A DNA stretch of 64,000 nt from an uncultured delta proteobacterium (GTDB lineage Bacteria > Desulfobacterota > Binatia > UBA9968), in contig CAVSHR010000005.1 of assembly GCA_963727625.1 (NCBI GenBank), positions 704,001 through 768,000 on the forward strand. Reading direction: 5' to 3'. The translations under genes were made by a program, and so were the position numbers. Numbering within the stretch: the first letter of the stretch is position 1; the number at the start of each line of letters is the position of its first letter. This document shows positions 30,209 through 41,072 of the stretch, in pieces. The notes beneath the pieces are model-generated. The model did not search any database. It was not told the origin of the DNA and was given only the letters and a program-made list of their open reading frames with translations.

Positions 30209-32215
30209 TTACAGAAAATAATCGAAATCCTGCTCCCGGTGCAGTCGGTGGCGCACGCGAAAGATCTGCGCCGGCACGCTCGCCGGATCGAGCTGCACGT
30301 AATTATTCGTTCCATGCCATAGGTAACGGGCGCCGGTGAGCAGCTCGTGCATCTGATAGGGCTGCAGCGGATCGAGCCCGAGCTCTTCGGTGGACAGGTT
30401 CACCCAGCCGGCCTGGCTGTGGTGCGGGTCCAGATTGACCACGACTACGATCACGTTGCTCAAGTCTGCGGTTTGCTTCGTGTAGCAGAGGATCTGTTCG
30501 TTATCGACGGCGTGAAAACGCAAGCTGCCGTCGCTCTGCAGCGCGCGATTTTCCCGGCGAATCCGGTTGACCATGGCGATCAACTCTTTGAGGCTCTCCG
30601 GACTTTCCCTGCGCCAATGCTTGATTTCATATTTTTCCGAATCCAGATATTCCTCGCTGCCGGGATCGCGCGGGCGGGCTTCGAGCAGCTCGAAGGCCGG
30701 GCCGTAAATCCCGTAGCTGGCGCCGAGCGTCGCCGCCAATACCAATCGCGCCATAAAACCGGCGCGGCCGCCGAACTGGAGATATTCGTTTAGAATGTCC
30801 GGCGTATTCGGCCACAGGTTGGGACGAAAATATTCGCACACTTCGGACTGGGTGAGCTCGGTGAAATACTCGGTGAGCTCAGGCTTGGTGTTGCGCCAGG
30901 TGAAGTAGGTGTAGGACTGGCTGAAACCGAGCTTGGCCAGACGGTACATCAGCTTGGGACGGGTGAACGCCTCGGCGAGAAATATCACGTCGGGATGTTT
31001 CTGCTTCACCGCACCGATCAGCCATTGCCAAAACGGCAGCGGCTTGGTGTGCGGGTTGTCGACGCGAAAAATGCGAACATCCTGCTCGATCCAAAAATCC
31101 ACCACACTCTTCAGCTCCTCCCAGAGCTCGCGCCATTCATCCGAGGTAAATTCCAGCGGATAAATATCCTGATATTTTTTCGGCGGGTTTTCGGCGTACT
31201 GCACCGAGCCATCGGGCCGCCAGCGAAACCAGTGCGGATGTTCTTTCACGTAAGGATGGTCGGGGCTGCACTGGTAAGCAAGATCCAGAGCGATCTCGAT
31301 GTTCAGTGACTTGGCTTTTTTTACCAGGCTCTTGAAATCTTCGAGCGTGCCGAGCTCCGGATGAATCGATTTGTGGCCGCCCTCGGCGGCGCCGATCGCC
31401 CAAGGGCTGCCGGGATCGTCCGTGCCGATCACAGCGTTATTCTTGCCCTTGCGGTGCGTGCGGCCGATCGGGTGAATCGGCGGGAAATACAACGTGTCGA
31501 ATCCCATGGTGGCGACGTAAGGGAGCAACCGTTCACAGTCTTTGAAAGTCCCGTGCTTACCGGGCTCGTCCGAGCAGGAACGCGGAAACACTTCATACCA
31601 GGAGCTAAAGCGCGCTTTTTCGCGGTCGACCGCCACGCCGAGCTCTTTGCCGTAGCGCGTGGCCAGGCTTCGATCGGGATATTTTTCGACCAAGTTGCCA
31701 AGCTCATCACCGAGCGCAGTATCAAGCTTGGCTGCTAAACTTGGCTTCTTTGCGCTTAAGCTCTGGGCCCAGTCGGTGAGTTTTTTTGCGTCGGCGCCGC
31801 CGGCGCGTTTGGCCGCTGCTTCGATCATTTGCGCCCCGGTCAGCATATCCAAATCCGTGTGCTCGCCGACCTCGGCCTTCTTGCCCAGATCGCGGCGCCA
31901 GGACTTGAATCGATCGGCCCAGGCGATCAGCGTGTACACGTAACGGCCAACCTCGGCGACGATAAAGACGCCGCGCCAGCGGTCATTGACCAGCGGCTCC
32001 ATCGGCGTTTCGCTCCAATCGCTGTCCTCGGCGCGCCGGAAAAGCAGCGCGCAGGAAATCACTTCGTGACCGTCAACGAAAACATCGGCTTCAACGGCGA
32101 CCCGCTCACCTGCTGTGCGCTTGATTGAAAACAGACCGCCGTCGATCTCGGGCACCACGCCTTCGATGACGATGCGGGTTCGCCCTTCATGCAATGGTTT
32201 CCATAGTTCTTCCAT
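30209..32215 (-). CDS. glgE: Alpha-1,4-glucan:maltose-1-phosphate maltosyltransferase
   Basis: WYEVFPRS, PPIHPIG...RKGKNN, QCSPDHP, YAENPPKKYQDIYP, FRVDNPHTKP, AEAFT. Start ATG at 32215 with AAGGA RBS. Confidence 0.94.
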   Translation of the reverse strand: MEELWKPLHEGRTRIVIEGVVPEIDGGLFSIKRTAGERVAVEADVFVDGHEVISCALLFRRAEDSDWSETPMEPLVNDRWRGVFIVAEVGRYVYTLIAWADRFKSWRRDLGKKAEVGEHTDLDMLTGAQMIEAAAKRAGGADAKKLTDWAQSLSAKKPSLAAKLDTALGDELGNLVEKYPDRSLATRYGKELGVAVDREKARFSSWYEVFPRSCSDEPGKHGTFKDCERLLPYVATMGFDTLYFPPIHPIGRTHRKGKNNAVIGTDDPGSPWAIGAAEGGHKSIHPELGTLEDFKSLVKKAKSLNIEIALDLAYQCSPDHPYVKEHPHWFRWRPDGSVQYAENPPKKYQDIYPLEFTSDEWRELWEELKSVVDFWIEQDVRIFRVDNPHTKPLPFWQWLIGAVKQKHPDVIFLAEAFTRPKLMYRLAKLGFSQSYTYFTWRNTKPELTEYFTELTQSEVCEYFRPNLWPNTPDILNEYLQFGGRAGFMARLVLAATLGASYGIYGPAFELLEARPRDPGSEEYLDSEKYEIKHWRRESPESLKELIAMVNRIRRENRALQSDGSLRFHAVDNEQILCYTKQTADLSNVIVVVVNLDPHHSQAGWVNLSTEELGLDPLQPYQMHELLTGARYLWHGTNNYVQLDPASVPAQIFRVRHRLHREQDFDYFL

Positions 32216-35060
32216 CTGAGTTTTCCTTAATGCTCGGCAACTCGCCCGAGGTTTCTTCGTTGCGCAGCAACGCCACCGGAAAATCTTTGAAGACGCCGCC
32301 GAGTTCAAGTGTTTTATTCGGCGCCGCAAGCGCCGTTTTCAGAGTATGACCGGTGAGCACGTCGACCCACCGGCCTGGCGCCGAGTCCGGCAAACTAAGA
32401 GCTGTGCCGCGCCAAAACTCGTCGCCCAGCGGCGTGCCGCCGCGATAAGCATCTCTGCCGATCAAGCGCGGCACGATCGCCAGTACCCAAGTCTGATCCT
32501 TGCGCCGAGCAAAAGCGCAAACCCGATCGGCCATCTCGCCGCTGGCGTGTAACGGCAAATAATCGCCCGTACCGAACAGCTCGCGATGGTCACGGCGAAA
32601 GCCCAACAGCTTGTGCAGCAAATAAAGCTTGATCCTGCCATCACGCCATTGGGAAATCAGCTCGCGCAGCAGTGCTGCACGATCTTTCGACTCACTGATC
32701 TTGAGCTCGCCCAGCAGGCGCCGCCGGGCGGCGAAATCCACCGGGCGGCGGTTATCCGGATCGACAAAGCTCAGATCCCAGAGCTCCGTTCCCTGAAAGG
32801 TGTCCGGGATGCCGGGCGCGACGATTTTCAGCAGTGTTTGCGCCAGCGAATTGAACATGCCGGCGTAAGCGACCTTCTCGACAAAGGGCAGAAACTCGTC
32901 GAGGAAACCGTTGTCCGCTGAGGGGGTCAGAATCGCGTCGGCAAATTTCACGAAGGAGGTCTCGTAAGCCAGATCCGGTTTGAGCCATTCCGTGTGCACC
33001 TTGGCTTCCCGCACCGCTTTGATGAGATAAGCGTTGAGTCTTTCCGAAAAGCCCGGGTCGGGCGCGTCTTGCAGCGGATAAGAGCCGATCAAGGTCTGGT
33101 ATAAGAAATATTCGTCATTACGGTCGGGGACTTCGAGGCCTTTAATCTTGCTCTTTTTCGCTCGGTTGGTTCGGCTCCACGATTTGAGCCGATTGTCCCA
33201 CTCCTCCGGCAACTCCGAAAGCAGATTGATTCTCGCGCGTGCGTCCTCACCGCGCTTGCCGTCGTGGGTGGCGGTGGCGTTCATCGTGTAAGGCCAACTC
33301 TTAAGGCGCCGCCGATTAAACTCATGAAACTCCTGCGGCGAGACGCCGAAACGATCCGGGTCGCCTCCGACATCGTTGAGCGAGATCAAGCGATTGTAAA
33401 CGTAGAACGTCGTATCCTCGAAGCCCTTGGCCATCAGCGGCCCGGTCAGCTGCTGGAAGCGCATGACGAAATGGGTCCAGCTGTGTTTTTCTTCATCGCT
33501 GTGATGATTGGCAAAATCGAGCAGTAAAAACCGTTCGATGAACTTGAGTTCGAGCAGCAAGCCGGCGTTAGCGGTCTTGGCGCGTTCGACGGCGGTATTC
33601 AACCAGGCGCGGTCCGCGACGCTGAAGTGGCCCGGGCTGACGTAGCTTCGATAGACTGGAAAAAACGCCAGCACTTCCACCAGGGCACGTTTGAGGCCGT
33701 ACAGGGTCACGTCGGCGGCGTGGCGGTCGCGGCTGGAAACGGTTTTCAACAAATAGGCCAGGCTTTCGATATCGCCGGCCATGTACTTGCCGATGATCAA
33801 GCGTTTTTTCTCGACCAGCAGCGCGCCGCAAGAAGTTTCGCTGTCGGCGAAACGGCTATAAATTTGGCTGAACTTGCGGCGTTGCGCGCGCGCGCAGAAC
33901 AGGCCGTTGACGAAATTTAGAAACTCATAGCCGGTGGTTCCCTGAACCGGCCAATTTTCCGGCAACTCTTCATCGAAGCCAAGAATTTTCTCCACCGCCA
34001 GATAGACGTCGCCGGCGGCGCGGCGCAGTCGTTGCAAATATTCCAGCGGGTCATACAAGCCGTCCACGTGATCGATTCTGAGCCCGGTAAATTGGCCCTC
34101 GCGAGCGAGCTTCATGATCAGCCCATGGGTGTGATTGAAAACTTTCTCGTCCTCCATGCGCAGCGAAATCAGCTCGTTGATGTTGAAAAACCTCCGGTAG
34201 TCGAGCTCCTCCGCCGCGACCTTCCAGAACGACAGGCGATACCATTGCTGCGCCAGCAGCCGCTCGAGCAGGTTGAAGCTTTCCGGCTTGCCTTCGCTGC
34301 CGTTGAAACGGCTGAGATTGGCGTCGAAATGGCGCTTGATCTCCGCGTCGCCGCTATAAAGCTCCCAGAGCATGTGCTTGACGAATGCGATCTGGTCCGC
34401 GCGCTCGCGGCTCTCTTCCTTCGGCGGAATGTTTTTGAGCGTGTAGAGAATTCCCAACAGCTTGATGAAATCCAGATGACTGGCGCCCAGCCGTTTGCGC
34501 AACGCGCCAAGATCATGGGCGATCACGTCGGCGTAGGATTCGATGTTGACGGGAAACTGCATCGAAGCATAACGGATGCTCAAGCCGTTCTGATCATAGT
34601 TCAGCGTGATCTCGCCGTGCTCCAGACAATCGCCGTAGAATCCGCCGAGGAACGGCGCCAAAATCTTACCTTTCATGCTGTCGTAGGGGTGATTCCAATC
34701 GACATCGAAGAAATCGTAATACGGCGACGCCGGGCCGTTTTCGAGCACGTCCATGAGCATGTGATTTTGCCGGTCATAGGCCATGTGATTGGGCACGATA
34801 TCCTGAAGCCAGCCGAGATCGCGTTGGCGCGCCGCATCAGTCAACGCGTTGAAATCGGCGGCGCTACCAAGCTCGGGATTGAGCCGGTTCGGATCGACCA
34901 CGTCGTAGCCATGCTCGCTGCCCTGTCGGGCATGAAAGATCGGCGAGGCATAGATATCGCTAATGCCCAGCGCTTCAAGATAGTCGAGGATTGCCTTCGC
35001 GTCCTTGAAACCGAAGGATGGTGTAAACTGCAATCGGTAGGTCGACGCGGGTATTCTCAT
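32187..35060 (-). CDS. treY: Malto-oligosyltrehalose synthase
   Basis: PASTYRLQF, GSEHGYDVVD, DIVPNHM, YRRFF, GLRIDHVDGL, VEKIL, THDGKRGED, VDPDNRRPVD. Confidence 0.95.
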   Translation of the reverse strand: MRIPASTYRLQFTPSFGFKDAKAILDYLEALGISDIYASPIFHARQGSEHGYDVVDPNRLNPELGSAADFNALTDAARQRDLGWLQDIVPNHMAYDRQNHMLMDVLENGPASPYYDFFDVDWNHPYDSMKGKILAPFLGGFYGDCLEHGEITLNYDQNGLSIRYASMQFPVNIESYADVIAHDLGALRKRLGASHLDFIKLLGILYTLKNIPPKEESRERADQIAFVKHMLWELYSGDAEIKRHFDANLSRFNGSEGKPESFNLLERLLAQQWYRLSFWKVAAEELDYRRFFNINELISLRMEDEKVFNHTHGLIMKLAREGQFTGLRIDHVDGLYDPLEYLQRLRRAAGDVYLAVEKILGFDEELPENWPVQGTTGYEFLNFVNGLFCARAQRRKFSQIYSRFADSETSCGALLVEKKRLIIGKYMAGDIESLAYLLKTVSSRDRHAADVTLYGLKRALVEVLAFFPVYRSYVSPGHFSVADRAWLNTAVERAKTANAGLLLELKFIERFLLLDFANHHSDEEKHSWTHFVMRFQQLTGPLMAKGFEDTTFYVYNRLISLNDVGGDPDRFGVSPQEFHEFNRRRLKSWPYTMNATATHDGKRGEDARARINLLSELPEEWDNRLKSWSRTNRAKKSKIKGLEVPDRNDEYFLYQTLIGSYPLQDAPDPGFSERLNAYLIKAVREAKVHTEWLKPDLAYETSFVKFADAILTPSADNGFLDEFLPFVEKVAYAGMFNSLAQTLLKIVAPGIPDTFQGTELWDLSFVDPDNRRPVDFAARRRLLGELKISESKDRAALLRELISQWRDGRIKLYLLHKLLGFRRDHRELFGTGDYLPLHASGEMADRVCAFARRKDQTWVLAIVPRLIGRDAYRGGTPLGDEFWRGTALSLPDSAPGRWVDVLTGHTLKTALAAPNKTLELGGVFKDFPVALLRNEETSGELPSIKENSDGRTMETIA

Positions 35061-37267
35061 AGCAGCGCGCCATTCTTTCTTCCGCGCCTTGAGCGTCGCG
35101 TCACGACGCGGGGCTCACTCTTTTCGGCGTCCGCTTCAACGTTTTTCGGCAAGCGCATCAATACCAGTGAACGGGAACTGATCTCGTACGGCTCGCCGCC
35201 GCGCACTCGCCGCGGTTTTCTGACGTCCAGGCTCGTATCATAGGTGTCAAAAATCACTTGCCAACGCAGCTTGCGCCGATGGGCCGGCAAGGTGAACGAA
35301 ACCGCTTCGTGGTGCGCGTTGAGGAGAATTAGCAATGTGTCGTCGACGATTCGGTTGCCCCGGCCATCCCGCTCCTCGATGGCGTCGCCGGCGAGGCGCA
35401 GCGCGAAGCAACGCGTCTCGGGATTGCTCCACTCCTCGTCGCTCATCTCTCTTCCGTCGGGACGAAACCAGGCAAGGTCTTTCACCTCCGAGCCGCGAAT
35501 GTGCCGGCCTTGAAAAAAGTTGCGGCGCCGGAGCACCGGATGGGCACGCACCAGTCGAATCATAAAGCGCGTGAATTCAAGCAGCTCGCGCCGCGGCCGA
35601 TCCAATTGCCAATCGATCCAGGAAAGCTCGTTGTCTTGGCAATAGGCATTGTTGTTGCCTTTTTGGGTTCGCCCAAATTCATCGCCCGACAAGAGCATCT
35701 GCACACCCTGGGACAAAAACAGCGTCGCCAGGAAATTCCGTTTTTGCCGCTCGCGCAGTGTCAGCACTTGCGGGGCGTTGGTTTCGCCTTCCACGCCGCA
35801 GTTCCAGCTGAGATTGTCGTTGTGGCCGTCGCGGTTTTCTTCGCCGTTGGCCTCGTTATGCTTGTCGTTGTAGCTGACCAGGTCATTGAGCGTGAAGCCG
35901 TCGTGGGCAGTAATGAAATTAATGCTGGCGTAGGGTAACCGGCCGTTGTGTGCATAGAGATCGCTCGACCCTGTGAGGCGAAAGCCGAGGCCGCCGACTT
36001 GGCCGCCGTCGCCTTTCCAGAAGTGCCGCACGGTATCGCGGTAAGCCGCATTCCATTCGCCCCAGAGAACCGGGAAATTGCCCACCTGATAACCGCCCGG
36101 TCCCAGGTCCCAGGGTTCAGCGATCAGTTTTACCTGAGAGAGGATCGGGTCCTGCTGAATGATGTCGAAGAACGCGCCGAGACGATCGACGTCGTGCAGC
36201 TCGCGCGCTAAAGTTGAAGCCAAATCGAATCGGAAACCGTCCACGTGCATCTCCATCACCCAGTAGCGCAGGCTGTCCATGATCATCTGAAGCACGCGCG
36301 GATGGGTCATATCGAGTGTATTGCCGCAACCGGTGTAGTCCATGTAGTAGTGCCGGTCGTTCTCCACCAGTCGGTAGTACGAAGCATTGTCGATGCCGCG
36401 GAAGCACAGCGTCGGGCCCATGCGGTTGCCTTCACCGGTGTGGTTGTAGACAACATCCAAGATGACTTCGATGCCTTCGCGATGCAGCGCCCGCACCATG
36501 CTTTTAAATTCTGTGACCTGCTGGCCGATGACCCCGGCGCTCGCATAGCGCACGTCGGGCGCGAAGAAACCGATTGAATTGTAGCCCCAATAATTGGTCA
36601 GACCGCGGTCTTTCAAGTGCTTGTCGGCGACGAACTGATGCACCGGCATCAATTCCACCGCGGTGATGCCAAGGCCCTTGAGGTAATCGATGACCTCCGG
36701 ACAGGTGAGCGCGGCATAGGTGCCGCGCAGCTCCGGCGGCACCGCCGGATGGCGCATGGTGAAGCCTTTGACGTGCAGCTCGTAAATGATCGTCTCGTGC
36801 CAGGGTGTGTTCGGCGGCGCGTCGTTGCCCCAACTGAACGCCGGATCGACGACCACGCATTTGGGTATTCCCGGGGCGCTGTCGGTATTGCTGCGCGAAA
36901 GATCTTGGTCCCTATGGCCGATGGCGTAGCCGAATAGCGCGTCGCTCCACTGAATCGTGCCGGCGATCGCCTTGGCGTAAGGGTCTAAAAGCAATTTCGC
37001 AGGATTGAAGCGATGACCAGATCGGGGTTCGAAGGGACCATGCACGCGATAACCGTAAAACTGCCCGGGCCGCGCCTCAGGCAAATAAAGATGCCAAACC
37101 TGATGCGTTTGCTCCCTGACCGGGATGCGGGTTTCCCGCTGCGCATCGGCGCCGTCGAACAAGCAGAGCTCGACCTTGGTCGCGTTCTCGGAAAAAAGCG
37201 AGAAATTCACCCCGGCACCGTCCCAGGTCGCGCCCAGCGGATAGGGTTTCCCCTGCCAGATCTTCAT
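35057..37267 (-). CDS. glgX: Glycogen debranching enzyme (isoamylase GlgX/TreX)
   Basis: GKPYPLGATWDG.GVNF, NYWGYN, DVVYNHT, DGFRFDLA, LIAEPWD, TAHDGFTL, GNNNAYCQDN. Start ATG at 37267. Confidence 0.95.
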   Translation of the reverse strand: MKIWQGKPYPLGATWDGAGVNFSLFSENATKVELCLFDGADAQRETRIPVREQTHQVWHLYLPEARPGQFYGYRVHGPFEPRSGHRFNPAKLLLDPYAKAIAGTIQWSDALFGYAIGHRDQDLSRSNTDSAPGIPKCVVVDPAFSWGNDAPPNTPWHETIIYELHVKGFTMRHPAVPPELRGTYAALTCPEVIDYLKGLGITAVELMPVHQFVADKHLKDRGLTNYWGYNSIGFFAPDVRYASAGVIGQQVTEFKSMVRALHREGIEVILDVVYNHTGEGNRMGPTLCFRGIDNASYYRLVENDRHYYMDYTGCGNTLDMTHPRVLQMIMDSLRYWVMEMHVDGFRFDLASTLARELHDVDRLGAFFDIIQQDPILSQVKLIAEPWDLGPGGYQVGNFPVLWGEWNAAYRDTVRHFWKGDGGQVGGLGFRLTGSSDLYAHNGRLPYASINFITAHDGFTLNDLVSYNDKHNEANGEENRDGHNDNLSWNCGVEGETNAPQVLTLRERQKRNFLATLFLSQGVQMLLSGDEFGRTQKGNNNAYCQDNELSWIDWQLDRPRRELLEFTRFMIRLVRAHPVLRRRNFFQGRHIRGSEVKDLAWFRPDGREMSDEEWSNPETRCFALRLAGDAIEERDGRGNRIVDDTLLILLNAHHEAVSFTLPAHRRKLRWQVIFDTYDTSLDVRKPRRVRGGEPYEISSRSLVLMRLPKNVEADAEKSEPRVVTRRSRRGRKNGALL

Positions 37268-37298
37268 GTAGCCTTCAATAATCGCGCTCGCCTTAGGC

Positions 37299-39146
37299 TC
37301 ACGCACTCGTTTCACTTCGAAAAAGCGCCAGCGAGCGTGCCGGCAGCGTAAATCGCTGTGATGCGCCACCCTTGATTTCGTCGGGCAGCACACTGCCGGC
37401 GCCGCGCCATTCGGGCTCCGCCGAATCGATGATCTTGAGCCAGCGTCCCGCTGGTACGGACAGTTCGACGGACGCCGCGGCCAAATCCAAATTAGCGATC
37501 ATGAGCGCGCGATCGTCGCCGCTCCGGCGCTGTACCAGCAACAATTTTGTTTCTTCAACCGCCGTGACGTCCATGTTTTGCTTGGTCAACTCGGCGAGAG
37601 CGGGCGTGGTCTTTCGCAACCGGATCAGCTCGCGATAAAAATCCAACAAGACTTTATGCTCGCCGGTGTTCGCTAATTCATGACGCAGCTTCGCGCTGAC
37701 AAACGTCGCCTCGTCCTGCGGATCGGGGATCTCGCCTTGCCATTCGAAGCTGGCAAATTCCATGCGCCGGCCGCGCCGCACCGCTTCTATGAGCCCGGCA
37801 TCGGAATGGCTGACAAAGTAAGGAAACGGCGCCTGCTCACGGTATTCTTCGCCCATGAATAAAAGCGGAAGGTATGGCGACAAAATGACCAAACCAGCAG
37901 CAAGCTTGAGATTCTCGAAAGACACCGTCTCGGTCAAACGGTCGCCGCGCATGCGGTTGCCGACCTGATCATGGTTTTGCGCGAACACCACGAAGCGCTG
38001 CGCCGGCAGATCGCGCGACGAGCTGCCATGGCGATGGCGGCGAAACTCGGAGTACTCGCCCGAATAGGCGAAGCCTTCGCGATAGGCTTTGACCAGTTGG
38101 GCGATCTCACCGTAGTCGCGGTAGTAACCGTTTCTTTCGCCCGTGAGCAAAGCGCGCAGGCAATGATGAAAATCATCGTTCCACTGCGCATCCAGACCGT
38201 ATCCGCCGCGCTCGCGCTCGCGCACCAAACGAGCGTCGTTGGTCGCGCTTTCAGCGATCAGAAACATGCGCCGGTTGAGCCGCTCCGCTTCGGCATGAAC
38301 GGCAACGGCCAATTCTTCGAGAAAAGTAAACGGCGAATGGTCGAGAATCGCGTGCACCGCGTCGAGGCGCAACGCATCGACGTGAAAATCGACAAGCCAA
38401 TGAAGCGCATTTTGGATGAAAAACTGGCGCACCTCGTCGCTCTGCGGGCCGTCGAAATTGAGCGCCGCTCCCCACGGTGTCTGGTAGCGCTCGGTAAAAT
38501 ACGGTCCGAAGTCCGAGAGGTAATTGCCCTCCGGTCCGAGGTGGTTGTAGACCACGTCTAAAATCACGGCGAGACCGCGCTGGTGACAGGCGTCGATCAG
38601 CCTTTTTAAACCTACAGGTCCGCCGTAGGAATTTTGCGCGGCGAACGGCAACACGCCGTCGTAGCCCCAGTTTCGCGCGCCGGGAAATTGCGCCACCGGC
38701 ATGAGCTCTATCGCCGTGATGCCGACGTCCTTCAAATAATCGAGAAATGGAATAACCGCCTCGAAGGTGCCCGCCGGCGAAAAACAGCCGACATGAAGCT
38801 CATAAATAACGTAATTTTCGAGTGCGATGCCGGACCAGTCGGTATCGCTCCAGCGAAACTCATCTTCGAGGACGGCCGACGGTCCATGCACGCCCTGCGG
38901 TTGGAATCGCGATGCCGGATCGGGACGCTGCTTATCCGGCCCTAAATGGTAAAGATAGGGATCGCCCGGATGAACGTCTTCGACCACCGTTTCATAATAA
39001 CCGCGCCCGGTTCGTTCCAGCGGGATCAGCCGATCGGTTCTCAGCAGCCGCACGCCAAGCTGAGCGATCGACGGCGCCCAAACCCGAAAGCGGCACGTAT
39101 TCTTGCCCAGGTAATTAGCACCGAGTCTGTTCAGGATTTGCTCCAT
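37299..39146 (-). CDS. treZ: Malto-oligosyltrehalose trehalohydrolase
   Basis: FRVWAP, PDPASRFQPQGVHGPS, NWGYDGV, LRLDAVHAI, QNHDQVGNR, LFMGEEY. Confidence 0.95.
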   Translation of the reverse strand: MEQILNRLGANYLGKNTCRFRVWAPSIAQLGVRLLRTDRLIPLERTGRGYYETVVEDVHPGDPYLYHLGPDKQRPDPASRFQPQGVHGPSAVLEDEFRWSDTDWSGIALENYVIYELHVGCFSPAGTFEAVIPFLDYLKDVGITAIELMPVAQFPGARNWGYDGVLPFAAQNSYGGPVGLKRLIDACHQRGLAVILDVVYNHLGPEGNYLSDFGPYFTERYQTPWGAALNFDGPQSDEVRQFFIQNALHWLVDFHVDALRLDAVHAILDHSPFTFLEELAVAVHAEAERLNRRMFLIAESATNDARLVRERERGGYGLDAQWNDDFHHCLRALLTGERNGYYRDYGEIAQLVKAYREGFAYSGEYSEFRRHRHGSSSRDLPAQRFVVFAQNHDQVGNRMRGDRLTETVSFENLKLAAGLVILSPYLPLLFMGEEYREQAPFPYFVSHSDAGLIEAVRRGRRMEFASFEWQGEIPDPQDEATFVSAKLRHELANTGEHKVLLDFYRELIRLRKTTPALAELTKQNMDVTAVEETKLLLVQRRSGDDRALMIANLDLAAASVELSVPAGRWLKIIDSAEPEWRGAGSVLPDEIKGGASQRFTLPARSLALFRSETSA

Positions 39147-39662
39147 TGAAAAGTTTCGATTTTTCCGCCCAGCCGGTCAGCTTGAACAACGATGAAAAGC
39201 ACCGCTGGCGCAAAGCCAAGTGCGATTTTTCCGTTTTCGTCCACAAGCCCAATAATAATAAAATTTGACGCTAAAAAAATACGCTGCAGCGGATAAATTG
39301 CGGCGCTCGGTCGCGTCCCAATCACAGCTCCCAGGTTTCTAAACGGCCTTTGGAAAGAATCGACTTCTCGACGTGCGCTAAGACAACTTGTCTCTTTTCG
39401 CCAGTGTCCCTATCGGCACTCACCGAACCCAACGTCCGCGCTCAATTCGAGCGGAGACTGAGATTTTTTCGCTCGAGGAGTTTAGTTTACACTATCTTGA
39501 GCTTCAGGCAACGCCGAAACGTATCGTCATCGGCGGTGGTTGTTCTCCATGCTCACCGTGAGTTCCCGCGTTACCCACGCGAAGGCTGTATTTACGGGCG
39601 ACGGCAGGTCTTGAGCCGCGCTTGACCGATCCTGCAACGATCGAATAGGGTAGGGATGGACA

Positions 39663-41072
39663 ATGGATGACACGACTTCCAAGCCGATCGCCAGCATTTT
39701 GTACGTCGAAGACGATTTAGCCTCGGGACGGCTAGCGCATGCCATCGTCGAGCGCGAAGGTTATGCCGTCAAAGTAGTGTCAACCGGACAAGAGTTTTTG
39801 AAAGCTCTCGCAGAGAACAAACCGGATTTGATCCTGGTCGATCTCCACTTGCCCGACGCATCGGGATTGGATCTGCTGGCAAAATCGCGCCTTCGTTATC
39901 CGGAAGTGCCGGTGATCGTCGTGACCGCGTCCAACGCGGTGAGCGACGTGGTCAGTGCCCTCAAAGGCGGCGCCACCGATTATGTTACCAAGCCGGTGGA
40001 CCATCAACGGCTCATCGTCTCTTTGGCCAACGCGCTAAAATTGCTGCGCCATCAGCAAGACCTTGCCAAGCTCCGCTCCGAGCTCAATGAAACCTATCGG
40101 CTCGAACATATCATAGGCAGCGGGCCCGCCATGGAAAATGTTCGCCATATGATTCGTCAAGCAGCACCGAGCGATGCCACGGTGATGATCCTGGGCGAGA
40201 GCGGCACCGGAAAAGAGCTGGTTGCCCGGGCGCTGCATCACGCGAGCCCAAGAGCCGGCAAGCCCTTCGTCGACGTTAACTGCGCCGCGCTTACCGAGAC
40301 TTTGATCGAAAGCGAACTTTTCGGTCACGAACGGGGCGCCTTTACCAGCGCGATTTCCCGGCGCCGCGGTAAATTCGAACAGGCCAACAGCGGCTCGCTG
40401 TTTCTCGACGAGATCGGCGACATGCCGTTGTCGACCCAGGGGAAAATTTTGCGCGTCTTGCAGGAACGCAGCTTTCAGCGGGTCGGCGGCGAGGACCATA
40501 TCACGGTCAATGTGCGCGTGATTTGCGCGACCAACCGCAATATCGAGGAAGCGGTTCAAACCGGCGCGTTCCGAGACGATCTATTTTATCGCATCAACCT
40601 GTTCGCCATCGAAGTGCCGCCACTGCGCGAGCGCATCGCCGACATCCCCGAGCTGGCGCGCCATTTTTTGGCGGTGAGCAGCCGGTCCGGCAAATACCCT
40701 GCGCGCATTCTCTCGGATGCTGCCATTGCCGCGCTGTGCGAACATCGCTGGCCGGGAAACGTCCGCGAGCTGCAAAATACCATCGAGAGAGCGATGATGG
40801 TATGTCCCGACGAGGAGATTCAAGTCTCGCACCTGCCCGCGACGGTGCTGCAGCGTCCGCGCGGCAATTCCCAATCGGCGCAATCTGTTTCGTCCAAGCC
40901 AAGCCAAAATTTAGTTGAAGCGGTGGAAGCGTTCGAGCGCGCGAAGATCATCGAAGCCTTGGAAAAGTGCGATTGGAACAAAACTCAAGCGGCGCGCCAG
41001 CTCGGTGTCACCCGGCGGATTTTGTCATACAAAATGACTACCCTCGGCATCGAAAAAGCACCCACCGAGTAG
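39663..41072 (+). CDS. Sigma54-dependent response regulator (REC-AAA+-Fis HTH, NtrC family)
   Basis: REC domain, GESGTGKE, ESELFGHERGAFTSA, FLDEIGD, FRDDLFYR, WPGNVREL, C-terminal HTH. Confidence 0.93.
   Translation: MDDTTSKPIASILYVEDDLASGRLAHAIVEREGYAVKVVSTGQEFLKALAENKPDLILVDLHLPDASGLDLLAKSRLRYPEVPVIVVTASNAVSDVVSALKGGATDYVTKPVDHQRLIVSLANALKLLRHQQDLAKLRSELNETYRLEHIIGSGPAMENVRHMIRQAAPSDATVMILGESGTGKELVARALHHASPRAGKPFVDVNCAALTETLIESELFGHERGAFTSAISRRRGKFEQANSGSLFLDEIGDMPLSTQGKILRVLQERSFQRVGGEDHITVNVRVICATNRNIEEAVQTGAFRDDLFYRINLFAIEVPPLRERIADIPELARHFLAVSSRSGKYPARILSDAAIAALCEHRWPGNVRELQNTIERAMMVCPDEEIQVSHLPATVLQRPRGNSQSAQSVSSKPSQNLVEAVEAFERAKIIEALEKCDWNKTQAARQLGVTRRILSYKMTTLGIEKAPTE

Noticed and set aside
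39195-39225. GGCGCAAAGCC (and GACGCAAAG near 20698) as c-di-GMP-I riboswitch cores
   Set aside because: The preceding GGCAAA/GNRA stem and the downstream receptor helix are not evident; an Infernal/Rfam scan would be decisive.
39350-39625. 91-aa ORF in the treZ-regulator spacer
   Set aside because: TTG start, no RBS or motif; more likely divergent promoter DNA.
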